A DNA stretch of 64,000 bases from a virus, in IMG/VR virus record IMGVR_UViG_3300013132_000036, positions 20,524-84,523 of that record; one strand, 5' to 3'. A model generated the notes under the pieces. It ran no database searches. It was not told the origin of the DNA and worked only from the letters and a program-made list of their open reading frames with translations. Position 1 is the stretch's first letter; every line of letters starts with the position of its first letter. The position numbers and the translations under genes were made by a program. Shown here in pieces: positions 64,000 through 64,000 of the stretch.

Positions 64000-64000
64000 C

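Noticed and set aside
1-64000. Alternative genetic code (TAG/TGA reassignment)
   Set aside because: Standard-code ORFs tile the window with few gaps and reach 2259 aa; TAG and TGA end genes exactly at gene boundaries
1-64000. tRNA, rRNA or structured ncRNA genes
   Set aside because: Intergenic gaps are mostly under 80 nt and AT-rich; no cloverleaf recognised by eye (tRNAscan-SE or Infernal would be decisive)

Overview
AT-rich, gene-dense 64-kb segment of a T4-like (myovirus) jumbo phage, standard genetic code, almost all genes on the minus strand. The host is probably a Bacteroidetes: the window has a Bacteroidetes-type bS1 N-terminus, Hc1 and DUF4494 genes, a TAnnTTTG promoter element, SD-less A-rich leaders and Bacteroidetes-style beta-propellers. 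Layout: (i) 1-1.6 kb, the N-terminal half of a split family-B DNA polymerase and the start of a possible dNTP pyrophosphatase; (ii) 1.6-13.9 kb, an accessory island where about ten proteins carry a T4 capsid-targeting-sequence-like peptide and several sit behind a candidate late-promoter octamer (G/A)ATATATA. It includes a MoxR AAA+ ATPase, a split DUF2201 metallopeptidase/vWA pair, a degenerate ligase-nucleotidyltransferase fusion, an MBD4-like glycosylase and a Vsr/DUF559 endonuclease that appears to split a gene; (iii) 13.9-18.9 kb, replication/recombination (UvsW, UvsY, primase, gp32, RuvC-like); (iv) 18.9-64 kb, tail/baseplate/neck genes with embedded PhoH, a cell-wall hydrolase, an amidoligase-like gene and a four-domain ribosomal protein S1 homologue. 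Best candidate for a new system: a late-expressed, head-packaged MoxR/vWA/metalloprotease module. All calls are motif recognition by eye; no searches were run.
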